A DNA stretch of 64,000 nt from Octopus sinensis (Eukaryota). Positions 42,106 to 53,486 of this stretch are shown here, one piece after another (position 1 is the stretch's first letter; the number at the start of each line of letters is the position of its first letter). Under the pieces are notes generated by a model, which saw only the letters and a list, made by a program, of their open reading frames with translations, had not been told where the DNA came from and searched no databases. The stretch is from positions 69,874,001 to 69,938,000 of the forward strand of contig NC_043006.1 of assembly GCF_006345805.1 (NCBI RefSeq), in the 5' to 3' direction. A program made the translations under genes and the position numbers.

Positions 42106-44428
42106 TGGTAACCATTACAATTTGTAGCGGCGAAAGGTCTGGACGTTGTTTTCTGAGGCTGACCAAAGAATTTTTATTTTTAGATATAAATGATGTACTC
42201 AAGTGTAGTTATGTTTTTAGCTTGTGCTTTTTCCATGATCATACGTGAGTATTTTATTTATATCCCATCGAAATTTCTACTGAAGAAGGAATATATCTTT
42301 TTTTATAAGATTAAGTCCGAATTGATTCAATATAGAGATAACGAAATTTAAATTTTCTAAAGGTTTTGCCCGTTTTCAGTTTCAATTTTCCTGTAGCAAG
42401 CGGATTATAAGTGGATAAAACAGTGTATTTGGCTTTTAGATAACCCTCTTTAGCCCTTAATTATATGATGTATATTGCAACCGTAACGGTTTTTTTTAAA
42501 TATACTGCCCACGCTTCCTGATGATTTCCTTTGCTGTAGAGTAAGGGACTTCATCCTATATTGCTTAGTAGTAAACTCGATGCTTGCTACAGGAGGACTG
42601 GTAACCATTACAATTTGTAGCGGCGAAAGGTCTGGACGTTGTTTTCTGAGGCTGACCAAGAATTTTTATTTTTAGATATAAATGATGTACTCAAGTGTAG
42701 TTATGTTTTTAGCTTGTGCTTTTTCCATGATCATACGTGAGTATTTTATTTATATCCATCGAAATTTCTTACTGAAGAAGGAATATATCTTTTTTATAAG
42801 ATTAAGTCCGAAATGATTCAATATAGAGATAACGAAATTTAAATTTTCTAAAGGTTAGTTGCCCGTTTTCAGTTTCAATTTTCCTGTAGCAAGCGGATTA
42901 TAAGTGGATAAAACAGTGTATTTGGCTTTAGAATAACCCTCTTTAGCCCTTAATTATATGATGTATATTGCAACCGTAACGGTTTTTTTTAAATATACTG
43001 CCCACGCTTCCTGATGATTTCCTTTGCTGTAGAGTAAGGGACTTCATCCTATATTGCTTAGTAGTAAATCGATGCTTGCTACAGGAGACTGGTAACCATT
43101 ACAATTTGTGCGCGCGAAAGGTCTGGACGTTGTTTTCTGAGCTGACCAAAGAATTTTTATTTTTAGATATAAATGATGTACTCAAGTGTAGTTATGTTTT
43201 TAGCTTGTGCTTTTTCATGATCATACGTGAGTATTTTATTTATATCCCATCGAAATTTCTACTGAAGAAGGAATATATCTTTTTTATAAGATTAAGTCCG
43301 AAATTGATTCAATATAGAGATAACGAAATTTAAATTTTCTAAAGGTTAGTTGCCCGTTTTCAGTTTCAATTTTCCTGTAGCAAGCGGATTATAAGTGGAT
43401 TTAAAACAGTGTATTTGGCTTTAGAATAACCCTCTTTAGCCTTAATTATATGATGTATTGCAACCGTAACGGTTTTTTTAAATATACTGCCCACGCTTCC
43501 TGATGATTTCCTTTGCTGTAGAGTAAGGGACTTCATCCTATATTGCTTAGTAGTAAACTCTGATGCTTGCTACAGGAGGACTGGAACCATTACAAATTTG
43601 TAAGCGCGCGAAAGGTCTGGACGTTGTTTTCTGAGGCTGACCAAAGAATTTTTATTTTTAGATATAAATGATGTACTCAAGTGTAGTTATGTTTTTAGCT
43701 TGTGCTTTTTCCATGATCATACGTGAGTATTTTATTTATATCCCATCGAAATTTCTACTGAAGAAGGAATATATCTTTTTTATAAGATTAAGTCCGAAAT
43801 TGATTCAATATAGAGATAACGAATTTAAATTTTCTAAAGGTTAGTTGCCCGTTTTCAGTTTCAATTTTCCTGTAGCAAGCGGATTATAAGTGGATAAAAC
43901 AGGTATTGGCTTTAGAATAACCCTCTTTAGCCTTAATTATATGTGATATTGCAACCGTAACGGTTTTTTTAAATATCTGCCCACGCTTCCTGATGATTTC
44001 CTTTGCTGTAGAGTAAGGGACTTCATCCTATATTGCTTAGTAGTAAACTCGATGCTTGCTACAGGAGGCTGGTAACCATTACAATTTGTAGCGGCGAAAG
44101 GTCTGGACGTGGTTTCTGAGGCTGACCAAAGAATTTTTATTTTTAGATATAAATGATGTACTCAAGTGTAGTTATGTTTTTAGCTTGTGCTTTTTCCATG
44201 ATCATACGTGAGTATTTTATTTATATCCCATCGAAATTTCTACTGAAGAAGGAATATATCTTTTTTATAAGATTAAGTCCGAAATTGATTCAATATAGAG
44301 ATAACGAAATTTAAATTTTCTAAAGGTTAGTTGCCGTTTTCAGTTTCAATTTTCCTGTAGCAAGCGGATTATAAGTGGATAAAACAGTGTATTTAGCTTT
44401 AGAATACCCTCTTTAGCCCTTAATTATA
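42106..44428 (+). mobile_element. Tandem array of ~491-bp units (~4.7 copies), each with a type I hammerhead; candidate non-LTR retrozyme
   Basis: Units start at about 42108, 42600, 43090, 43583 and 44071. CTGAAGA cores lie at 42280, 42772, 43262, 43758 and 44243. Both ends are in (TA)n. Confidence 0.85.
43255..43321 (+). ncRNA. Type I hammerhead ribozyme, array copy 3 (intact; same in copies 4 and 5)
   Basis: Stem I AUUUCUA/UAGAGAU, core CUGAAGA plus extra A, stem II GGA/UCC capped by AUCUU/AAGAU, GAA, stem III AUUG(auu)CAAU, predicted cleavage after AUA (43314). Confidence 0.85.
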
Positions 44429-44511
44429 TGATATATATATATATATATGTTTGTGTGTGTGCGTGTGTGTGTGTATATATAAATGTATGTGTTTGTATAA
44501 TACACACACAC

Positions 44512-44547
<36 letters not shown>

Positions 44548-44564
44548 GTTAATACTATATTTGT

Positions 44565-44737
44565 TCCAACGCGAGGACGTGGAACAAATATAGTATTATT
44601 GGACGCTCAGGAAAGAAGGAAAGAAGGAGGGCTCAACGTTTCGAGCGGAGCTCTTCGTCGGAAACATAGGAGAAGGAAAGATCCAGAGAAGGGAAGACAG
44701 AGGAAAAAGAAATCGCCAACGGTACACACCAGGTCAC
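44565..44737 (-). mobile_element. Second copy of the short HHR-bearing repeat (HHR at about 44630-44665)
   Basis: Same CCGACGA..GAGC/GCUC..GAAACGUU core, with a weakened stem I. Confidence 0.8.
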
Positions 44738-44768
44738 ATATATATATATATATACGTATATACATATA

Positions 44769-45534
44769 CAGGGGTTGCACAAAATAATGGAAACACCTTA
44801 AAAGTTCAAACGAATTAATTTTAATATGGGGTAGGTCCACCTTCGGCAGTAATTACACCTTGAATTCTACGAGGTATGTTCCAAAGGAATTTTTGTCAAA
44901 TTCTTCAGATAAAACAGTCTCCAGTTCTTGTAGTGATGATGGTGAAAGATATTGATTCCTTACTTGTTTTTTCTAAAATGCACCATAAATAGTCAATAAT
45001 ATTGAGATCTGGGGACTGTGGTGGCCAGATAAGTGTTTAACTTCACTAGAATGTTCTTCGTGCCATTCTCTAAGAATTTTAGCTGTGTGAATTGGTACAT
45101 TATTATCCTGAAAGATTGCTTTTCCCAATGGAAAACATAGTTCCGCAAACATAGGATGAATTTGATCAGGTAAAATGCTTAAATAGTCTTGACTTCTGCC
45201 ATGAAGGGAAACCATTGAGCCGGCAGATTTCCCAAAGGCTGTCATTATTTCGAGACAGTACTTTTTGATACACCAAACATTTCGGCAGTTTTCGTCAAGC
45301 TAACGCCAGGCATACAAGCACCAACCTTTTTGAAAGTCCGATAGGTCTGTCATTTTAATGAATTTTAATTACCTTTTTCTGATGACATCTGAAAAGAAAC
45401 AACAACTTTAGCAAAACATGTTAAGTAACATTAATAATAAATAAAAAAAACATAAAAATAAACAAGCTTTTGACGGTTTTATAGATATTCGAAATTATGA
45501 TGCTAGGTGTTTCCATTATTTTGTCCAATCCCTG
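44769..45534 (-). mobile_element. Internally deleted Tc1-like (DD34E-type) element
   Basis: TIRs caggggttgcacaaaataatggaaacacct / aggtgtttccattattttgtccaatccctg with TA duplication. Translates MTDLSDFQK..STVSKIMTAF..IFQDNNVPIHTAKILREWHEEH. Confidence 0.92.
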
Positions 45535-45558
45535 TATATATATATATATATATTATAT

Positions 45559-45607
<49 letters not shown>

Positions 45608-45985
45608 CAGATTAAGATAGGATTTAAATCAGATTTTAAGAAAGTAATTATGGTTCTACATGCTGTTTTGGTGTAAATCTAGGGATAATTTGGCCAAATT
45701 TCTTTTAATGAAGTTGAAGTGTAACTGAGAGCTCCATCTAGTTTCAAAATTGCGAAGCTAAGGGAAGATAATTTCAGGATGCTGAATGCAGAGATAAATG
45801 CTGAAATATCATTTCATCTTTATACAATAAATTAAATTGTTTATTTGTTAAAATTCCTGAAATAATTGACAGCATAAAAACGATATTGGTTATCAATGAT
45901 TCTGAAATAAGGAAAAGTTAAATACACACACCTGTATAAACATAAACATACATACACATGTAAATATCTTATTTGTCTGTATATA

Positions 45986-46021
<36 letters not shown>

Positions 46022-46703
46022 TGTATGTATGTATGTATGTATGTATGTATGTATGTATGCATGTATGTACGTATGTATGTATGTAAGTATGCATTTATGT
46101 ATGTATGTATGTATGTACGTATGTATGTATGTAAGTATGTATGTATGTGATCACTATACATAGATATACATATGAATGTATACTTGATATTTGAGTGGTG
46201 TGCACGTGTGTATGTGTGTCTGTCTTTGTACATGTGTATGCATGTGTACATGTAAGTAATTGTATATGTATGTGAATATATTTATCATGTGATATCCGCC
46301 ATTTTGAAATGCTTTTCTATGACGATATTTTGACTCCGGAAGACGATTGAAACTTGTAAACACAGAAGCACACACACACACACACACACGCACACACGCA
46401 CATACAAATACACATACACACATATGCACATATGCACATATATGCTCATACATAAATACGCATATAAGCAAGTATAGACATGCGCACTACACAAACGCAT
46501 GCGCGTATCAATATACAACGTGTATATACAATGTGTATATTATGCACGTGCGCGCCGGTGGATGTGCATGTATGTATGTGCTTGTGTATAGGTGTGTGTG
46601 TGTGCCTGTGTGTAGGTGTGTGTGAGTGTGTGCATGTACATACATAAACACACATATGTACGCGCTCTCATGGATGTGTATATATGTGTGTGTTTTATAT
46701 GCG

Positions 46704-46749
<46 letters not shown>

Positions 46750-46907
46750 GTGTGTGTGTGTATGCGTGTGTGTACTCGCGAGCGCGCGTGTGACTAATTC
46801 TGCTTCTTTGACATCTTAAGTGCTTCTATATAAAAGTCTGAAAACTTATAAGAAAAAATATAAACACGCTATTAAATGTAAATGGGTTAATAGCCGCAGA
46901 ATATCAA

Positions 46908-46964
<57 letters not shown>

Positions 46965-47346
46965 CATCATCATAATTTTATTATTATCATTATTGTTATT
47001 ATCATCATTATTATTATTACTACATATTCAATATTTACTTGATCATTTTTTATTATGTATATTATTGATGTTGATATTACAAGAACATTATTATAAATGT
47101 ATTTTTCATCTACTTAATAAGAAAAAACTCAATTTATTAGCTAATATATATATATATACCTCTATGTGTGTAGAAGTCTCTATTTGCAAGGGAGAAGTAG
47201 TATCTATTTGTAACGTAATGTTTCTTGGTTTTTTATTGCCCTCCAGTCTAATATGAAAATAATTGTTGATTTTTTGTGTATTTCTTTTTTCAGTTTTTCA
47301 GTTATTGATTTTTCTTTTCGATTATAAAGTATAGTACATATCTATT

Positions 47347-47421
<75 letters not shown>

Positions 47422-47461
47422 ATGTATTCATACATATATGTATATATATATACACCTTTAT

Positions 47462-47515
<54 letters not shown>

Positions 47516-48259
47516 GATATATATACACCATGCTTATGTACATATACATATATATATATATATGTATATATATGTAGGTTATATATATACATATATATAT
47601 ATTTATACAGATACGTATATATATACATATATACATATACTTATATACTTACACGCACACATACTCATACACACACATATATATGTGTGTATGTATGTAT
47701 GGATGCATACATGTTTGTATGTATGTTTATATATATTGAGTTAATAGATTTGAATGTCCTGCAGTGTGTTTTGCTGTTATGCTATTTTGCTAATACATTC
47801 ATCAAATTTACTCCTGGGAGGATTTATATTGAATATTTACACATAAAAACAAATAAACTGAACGGGTCTTCCTTCTTTATCGACGATGAGTTCAAGTGTT
47901 GTTTGATTAAGTGAAATGCTTACGTTTTAGAACTTAGTACGTGTGGCAGTCACATATACCCATAACGTTATAATAGTCTTCAGCTAGAACAAACAAGGTG
48001 CAGTGTGTATGTGTGTGAATGTGTGTAGGTATGATAAGGTTTTTTTTTCCTACAAAATAAAGTTAAAATAAGACTGACACATTTCCCTTTGTTGTCGTAT
48101 TTGGCCAGTTTTATTCATAAGTCTTCGGTTGACTTGGTGCTGAAGTAAAATAAACTTGCCAAAGATGCCACTCAGAGAGATCGAACCAGCAAACTGCTGA
48201 TCACAAATTAAGCTGTTTAATGACTCAACCCTGTCTGCACGCAAAGAATCGATGTTTCT

Positions 48260-48309
<50 letters not shown>

Positions 48310-48504
48310 GCGTGTGTATGTGAGGATGTGTGTTTTCTCGTTTACTTGTTTCAAGGCCACGCTAGGGCATCACATTGAAGGTTTTTGGTCGTGCGATTCG
48401 ACCCCAGGACTTATTCAGTTATTCTATCCGTCCCTCATACCGAACCGCTAAGTTACGCGTGCATAAAAAGTAGCTAAAACTGTTTGTCAAGCAATGGGCT
48501 TACA

Positions 48505-48558
<54 letters not shown>

Positions 48559-48855
48559 TCTTATTCGTGTTATCATTATTGTTTTTACGTATTTTTGTAT
48601 TCTTATTCGTGTAACATCGTCCGGTTTTCCGTCCTTGTTTTGTATACATTCGAGGCTTTCTTCCAAGGAATCTAATGCGCTTGGCTTAGATTTTCCTTTG
48701 GGGCTTGCCAGATAGGAGCAATCTCAAGATTAATCAGCAGAAATTGCGAGCATGATCCGGTTCTTGACTGAAGATTGAAGGCTTCGAATGTCCCGTCCGT
48801 GTTTTTTGTATCGTCTTCTAAATGTTTTGCGTTCTTGTCCAAGTTTGTATTTTTT

Positions 48856-48901
<46 letters not shown>

Positions 48902-48902
<1 letters not shown>

Positions 48903-49329
48903 CCAATTAAGGACTGAACACGAAAAGTGGACAGTCAACATGCTAGATATAGACGTCAAATCGCCATTCACCACAAAAGATTATGTTCTCAGATCAAACT
49001 CAGCACAAAACCATAGCAATAAACAAGTGAAAAATATACGAAATAAAATAATTACCCATGTATAATTAGTTTCAGCTGTTATTTTCCGCAAGGAAAACTG
49101 CAGCCATCATCATCATGCTGATGATGGCTGCAGTTTTCCTTGCGGAAAATAACAGCTGAAACTAATTAGTACATGGGTAATTATTTTATTTCGTATATTT
49201 TTCACTTGTTTATTGCTATGGTTTTGTGCTGAGTTTGATCTGAGAACATAATCTTTGTGGTGAATGGCGATTTGACGTCTATATCTAGCATGTTGACTGT
49301 CCACTTTTCGTGTTCAGTCCTTAATTGGT
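48902..49329. repeat. 428-bp near-perfect palindrome (214-bp arms, no spacer)
   Basis: 48902-49115 is the reverse complement of 49116-49329, apart from 2 single-base indels and one mismatch next to the central CATG. Confidence 0.95.
49113..49176 (+). ncRNA. Type I hammerhead ribozyme at the palindrome axis
   Basis: UCAUG-CUGAUGA-U-GGCUG..CAGCU-GAA-ACU(aauu)AGU-A-CAUGG; predicted cleavage after GUA (49171). Confidence 0.82.
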
Positions 49330-49412
49330 ATATATAAATATTTTAATCTTCGGATTCTTTTTTAATCTAGACCACTGGTCTTAATTGATAAATATCAATT
49401 TCTACCCTTAAT

Positions 49413-49476
<64 letters not shown>

Positions 49477-49842
49477 ATGTATGTATGTATGTATGTATGT
49501 TTGTATGTAAAAAAAATTATATAGACAGCCTTATGTAATGTGTTACCTAAAAGGAAAACTAGGGTTTTAGAACACCTACATTGCTAGAAATAAGAGCTAA
49601 AAAGCTCTAATATTGTAGTTAAAGCACATAACTGTATACGTATCTACTGACAGGGACTAATCGCCCGAAAGTACCGGTCGAGAATTCTCTATACTGATCG
49701 GTCAATTTCAACTAACTCCGTAACCTCATCAACAGGAACCGCTCGTCCGGTGGTTTCGGGCAATTACAGAACTTCTCAGTACATATGTAGCATCGTAACT
49801 GTTCTAAAACCGTAGTCGTCTTACGTGTGCAATATATATATA

Positions 49843-49881
<39 letters not shown>

Positions 49882-49883
49882 AT

Positions 49884-49957
<74 letters not shown>

Positions 49958-50252
49958 GAATAACCATCTTCAATAACCAGCTTTCATCTTTTTGACTTAG
50001 ACATAAAGCTAACAATACTTCTTTATTTTGTAAGATCTGGGAATTTAAGGAAAGCAAGATTAGATTTAGCCTTACATGGGATATAGTACGGAGAGCGCAA
50101 CCATAGCAGATACGGTTGCGAACTTTGCTCTATGAAATTTATGAGATTTTTAAGTACAGAGACAAGAATAATACAGTTCTATATTTAAGAGATGAGGAAT
50201 CATGTACATTATTTACATTTGACGGATATTTGTCCTCATCTAGTTTGTTGTT

Positions 50253-50298
50253 GACACAACGTTTCGGCTGATATAGCCTCCAGCCTTCATCAGGTGTC
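50253..50298 (-). ncRNA. Minimal type I hammerhead (dimer-type) in a ~200-bp repeat (about 50130-50345)
   Basis: GACAC-CUGAUGA-A-GGCUG(gaggcuauau)CAGCC-GAA-ACGU-U-GUGUC. Confidence 0.85.
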
Positions 50299-50365
50299 TT
50301 GGGGGAATTTCGAACCTGAGTTCTCATTCCTAAGATATTTTTCGATGTTGTTGTTATTATTATTA

Positions 50366-50419
<54 letters not shown>

Positions 50420-50703
50420 TATTATTATATGTTTGACTTTTGCTTTATATTTGTACAAGTTGGCTCCAGGTCTCACCCAGAGACCTCAAGAGACAACAGG
50501 TTGGAAGTTCATGTTGTTGTTATGCCTAGTGTGCCATATATTTTTTTGGGGGGGGTGTTGTACTAATGAATGTCTAAAAAAAAATTTTTTTTAATATTTT
50601 TTTTTTAAACCGAAAATTATGTTTGTTTTAAACCTTGAAGTTACATAGAAAGTATTTTGCGTAGGATATGAGCAGTTCCCATGAGCACTATCTTTTGAAT
50701 TTC
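50420..50703 (-). mobile_element. RLE-LINE 3' end (fourth subfamily) in (TAA)n
   Basis: Translates EIQKIVLMGTAHILRKILSM* followed by a 3' UTR; TAA tracts on both sides. Confidence 0.75.
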
Positions 50704-50727
50704 TTTTTCTTCTTCTTCTTCTTCTTC

Positions 50728-50779
<52 letters not shown>

Positions 50780-50799
50780 GTTTGTTTGTTTGTTTTTGT

Positions 50800-51012
50800 T
50801 TTTCCAGTTTCAGCTCTTGAGCTGTGGCCATGCTGGGGCACCGCCATTGTGGTGAAAGAGTACAGCAGGGATCACCACCCCCTGCCGGAGCCTCGTAGAG
50901 CTTTTTAGGTGTTTTCGCTCAATAAACACACACAACGCCCAGTCTGAGAATCGAAACCGCGATCCCTGCGACCGCGAGTCCGCTGCCCTAACCACTAGGC
51001 CATTGCGCCTCT
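50800..51012 (-). mobile_element. SINE family C 5' part joined to a family B tail fragment
   Basis: Reverse complement of the 14318 head, then ggcggtgccccagcatggcc. Confidence 0.75.
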
Positions 51013-51015
51013 ATA

Positions 51016-51064
<49 letters not shown>

Positions 51065-51149
51065 TCACTGCCTGGAATCGAACTCGGAATCTCGGGGTTA
51101 GTAGCCCGTGGGCAAGAATAACCTAATTAATAATAGATTAGAGCTTAGG

Positions 51150-51620
51150 GTATCCTGTGTGCATAGCATCAACCGCACAATTAAATATTTTGGAAACAAA
51201 TACTATTATACTCATCCTACTTTGAATTTGATGGTAGAAATTATCTGGGGTGTCATATCTTTCATAACGTACCCTCTAGTGTATTAAATTATATATTATA
51301 TATGATTTCGTCCTCTTACAACCTCTACCAGTTCTGTCTGCATTCAACATATACGGTGATTACACTGTTTTTCCTTCAATACCAAAACTTTCTTCCCTAT
51401 CAGGCCGTAAGCCTCATTTGGGTATACTCTATCCCCTCTAGGAACTATATGATTCTACATACATCATTACTATATGATTCTACATACATCAGTGCCTGTA
51501 ATATTATATCGTATTTTGTAAAACTGCATCCAATGGTATTCTCATCTTACTTCATTTATTTCTTAACTTACTTTGTTAGGAATACCTCGACCTATCCTTA
51601 TGATTTATTTACTTATTATT
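51150..51620 (-). mobile_element. Possible decayed LINE APE-endonuclease relic
   Basis: Fragments DAVLQN..DVCRII..EYT..DRVY..NHRI resemble APE motifs; heavily interrupted. Confidence 0.3.
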
Positions 51621-51825
51621 GTTTGTTTTTATTTTTTCTTACTATTTTTATTTCTTATTTTTATCTTAATTTTGTTATCCTTTATCTCTCCTAATACCTA
51701 GTACGTATCTTTTGGCTTCAGCAAGGAAAATATATTTTAAACTTATGTCTATTTTTTAATTTTATAAATCCATTATTGAAATTATATATATATATATATA
51801 TATTCTTTTACTTTTTACTTGTTTC

Positions 51826-52189
51826 AATCATTTGACTGCGGCCATGCTGGAGCACCGCCTTTAGTCGAGCAAATCGGCCCCGGGACTTATTCTATCAGTC
51901 TCCTTTGCCGAACCGCTAAGTGACGGGGACGTAAACACACCAGCATCGGTTGTCAAGCAATGCTAGGAGGACAAACACAGACACACAAACACACACATAT
52001 ATATATACATATATACGACAGGCTTCTTTCAGTTTCCGTCTACCAAATCCACTCACAAGCATTGGTCGGCCCGGGGCTATAGCAGAAGACACTTGCTCAA
52101 GGTGCCACGCAGTGGGACTGAACCCGGAACAACAATGTGGTGGTTAGCAAGCACTTACCACACCAGCCACTCCTGCGCCTATATATATA

Positions 52190-52190
<1 letters not shown>
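51826..52190 (-). mobile_element. SINE family B
   Basis: Full family match. Confidence 0.88.
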
Positions 52191-52235
<45 letters not shown>

Positions 52236-52245
52236 TATATATTAA

Positions 52246-53161
52246 ATAATTAGGGCTTAGTAAAATAAATTACTTTGCCACATACTGAAACTTAGTAGAA
52301 ATAGCAGCCAAAAAAATTTTTCTTACCATTTCTACTACTTAAAGAAAATTTCTCTCAGATAATGCTTACTCTAGACAGCTCACGAAGGTTGGGGTTAAAT
52401 TTTCTTTTTAAGTATAGAAATGCTAGAAAATTTTTTTGGGCTGCTATTTCTACTAAGTTCAGTATGTGGCAAAGTAATTTATTTTACTAAGCCCTAATTA
52501 TATAATGTAATATTTTGAATTCGCCTTAAATGGTCCTTTTACATACTGAACACTTGGTGAAATTGATTAATTAATTAATTTTACCCTCAATTGTTGATAT
52601 TATAATTCATATCTCTCGGTCATACTGCCTCGGTTCTCGCGGTTAAAATATAATGTTTACTAGATAGACCACGTGGGTGGAATGGGGAGTGCAGAATTTT
52701 ACGCCTGCGCATTTTAAATTTGTTGACACTGTTAGTTGGAGTGGTTCATCTGAAGCGACAAGTCGCTGATAGGTAAAGTTCCTTCTTTTTAGTGTTTCCA
52801 AATCCAAATTAAGAAATTTTGAGCTGACGAAAGAAATGCTGATTTTATTTGGCTAATCTTGAAACGTTGACGTACTCAAACGATCTATGTACTTGTGATA
52901 TTTTTCTGTATTTACCCCCAAACCTTCGTGAGCTGTCTAGAGTAAGCATTATCTGAGAGAAATTTTCTTTAAGTAGTAGAAATGCTAAGAAAATTTTTTG
53001 GGGCTGCTATTTCTACTAAGTTCAGTATGTGGCAAAGTAATTTATTTTACTAAGCCCTAATTATATAATGTAATATTTTGAATTCGCCTTAAATGGTCCT
53101 TTTACATACTGAACACTTGATGAAATTGATTAATTAATTAATTAATTTTACCCTCAATTGT

Positions 53162-53167
<6 letters not shown>
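52246..53167 (+). mobile_element. HHR-bearing element with inverted and direct partial terminal duplications (PLE pLTR-like)
   Basis: 52246-52400 is the reverse complement of 52910-53064, and 52398-52590 is a direct copy of about 52950-53167. Confidence 0.8.
52818..52880 (+). ncRNA. Type I hammerhead ribozyme
   Basis: UUUGAG-CUGACGA-AAGA..UCUU-GAA-ACG(uuga)CGU-A-CUCAAA; predicted cleavage after GUA (52874). Confidence 0.85.
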
Positions 53168-53223
<56 letters not shown>

Positions 53224-53486
53224 CCGTCATTTTGTTTTTGCTGTATTTATTCTTTTATATTATATTATATTATATCATTAAATGTTGTATTTTGTATACC
53301 TATTCACCCTCGTAAATACTGGTACATATTGGTGTAATATTCTGATTTGCGAAGGGGTTGTAACTTTTCTCTACAATTAATTATGGTAAAATATAATACA
53401 ATATGGTATTTACATTTACATTTTTTGGTTATTCATAATTACATTTTATAATTATGATATATATACACACATCCACTTGTTTTCAA

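Noticed and set aside
49640-49700. HHR-like ctgacagggactaatcgcccgaaagtaccggtc
   Set aside because: G8 is missing, stem III has an insertion and stem I is poor; at best a relic.
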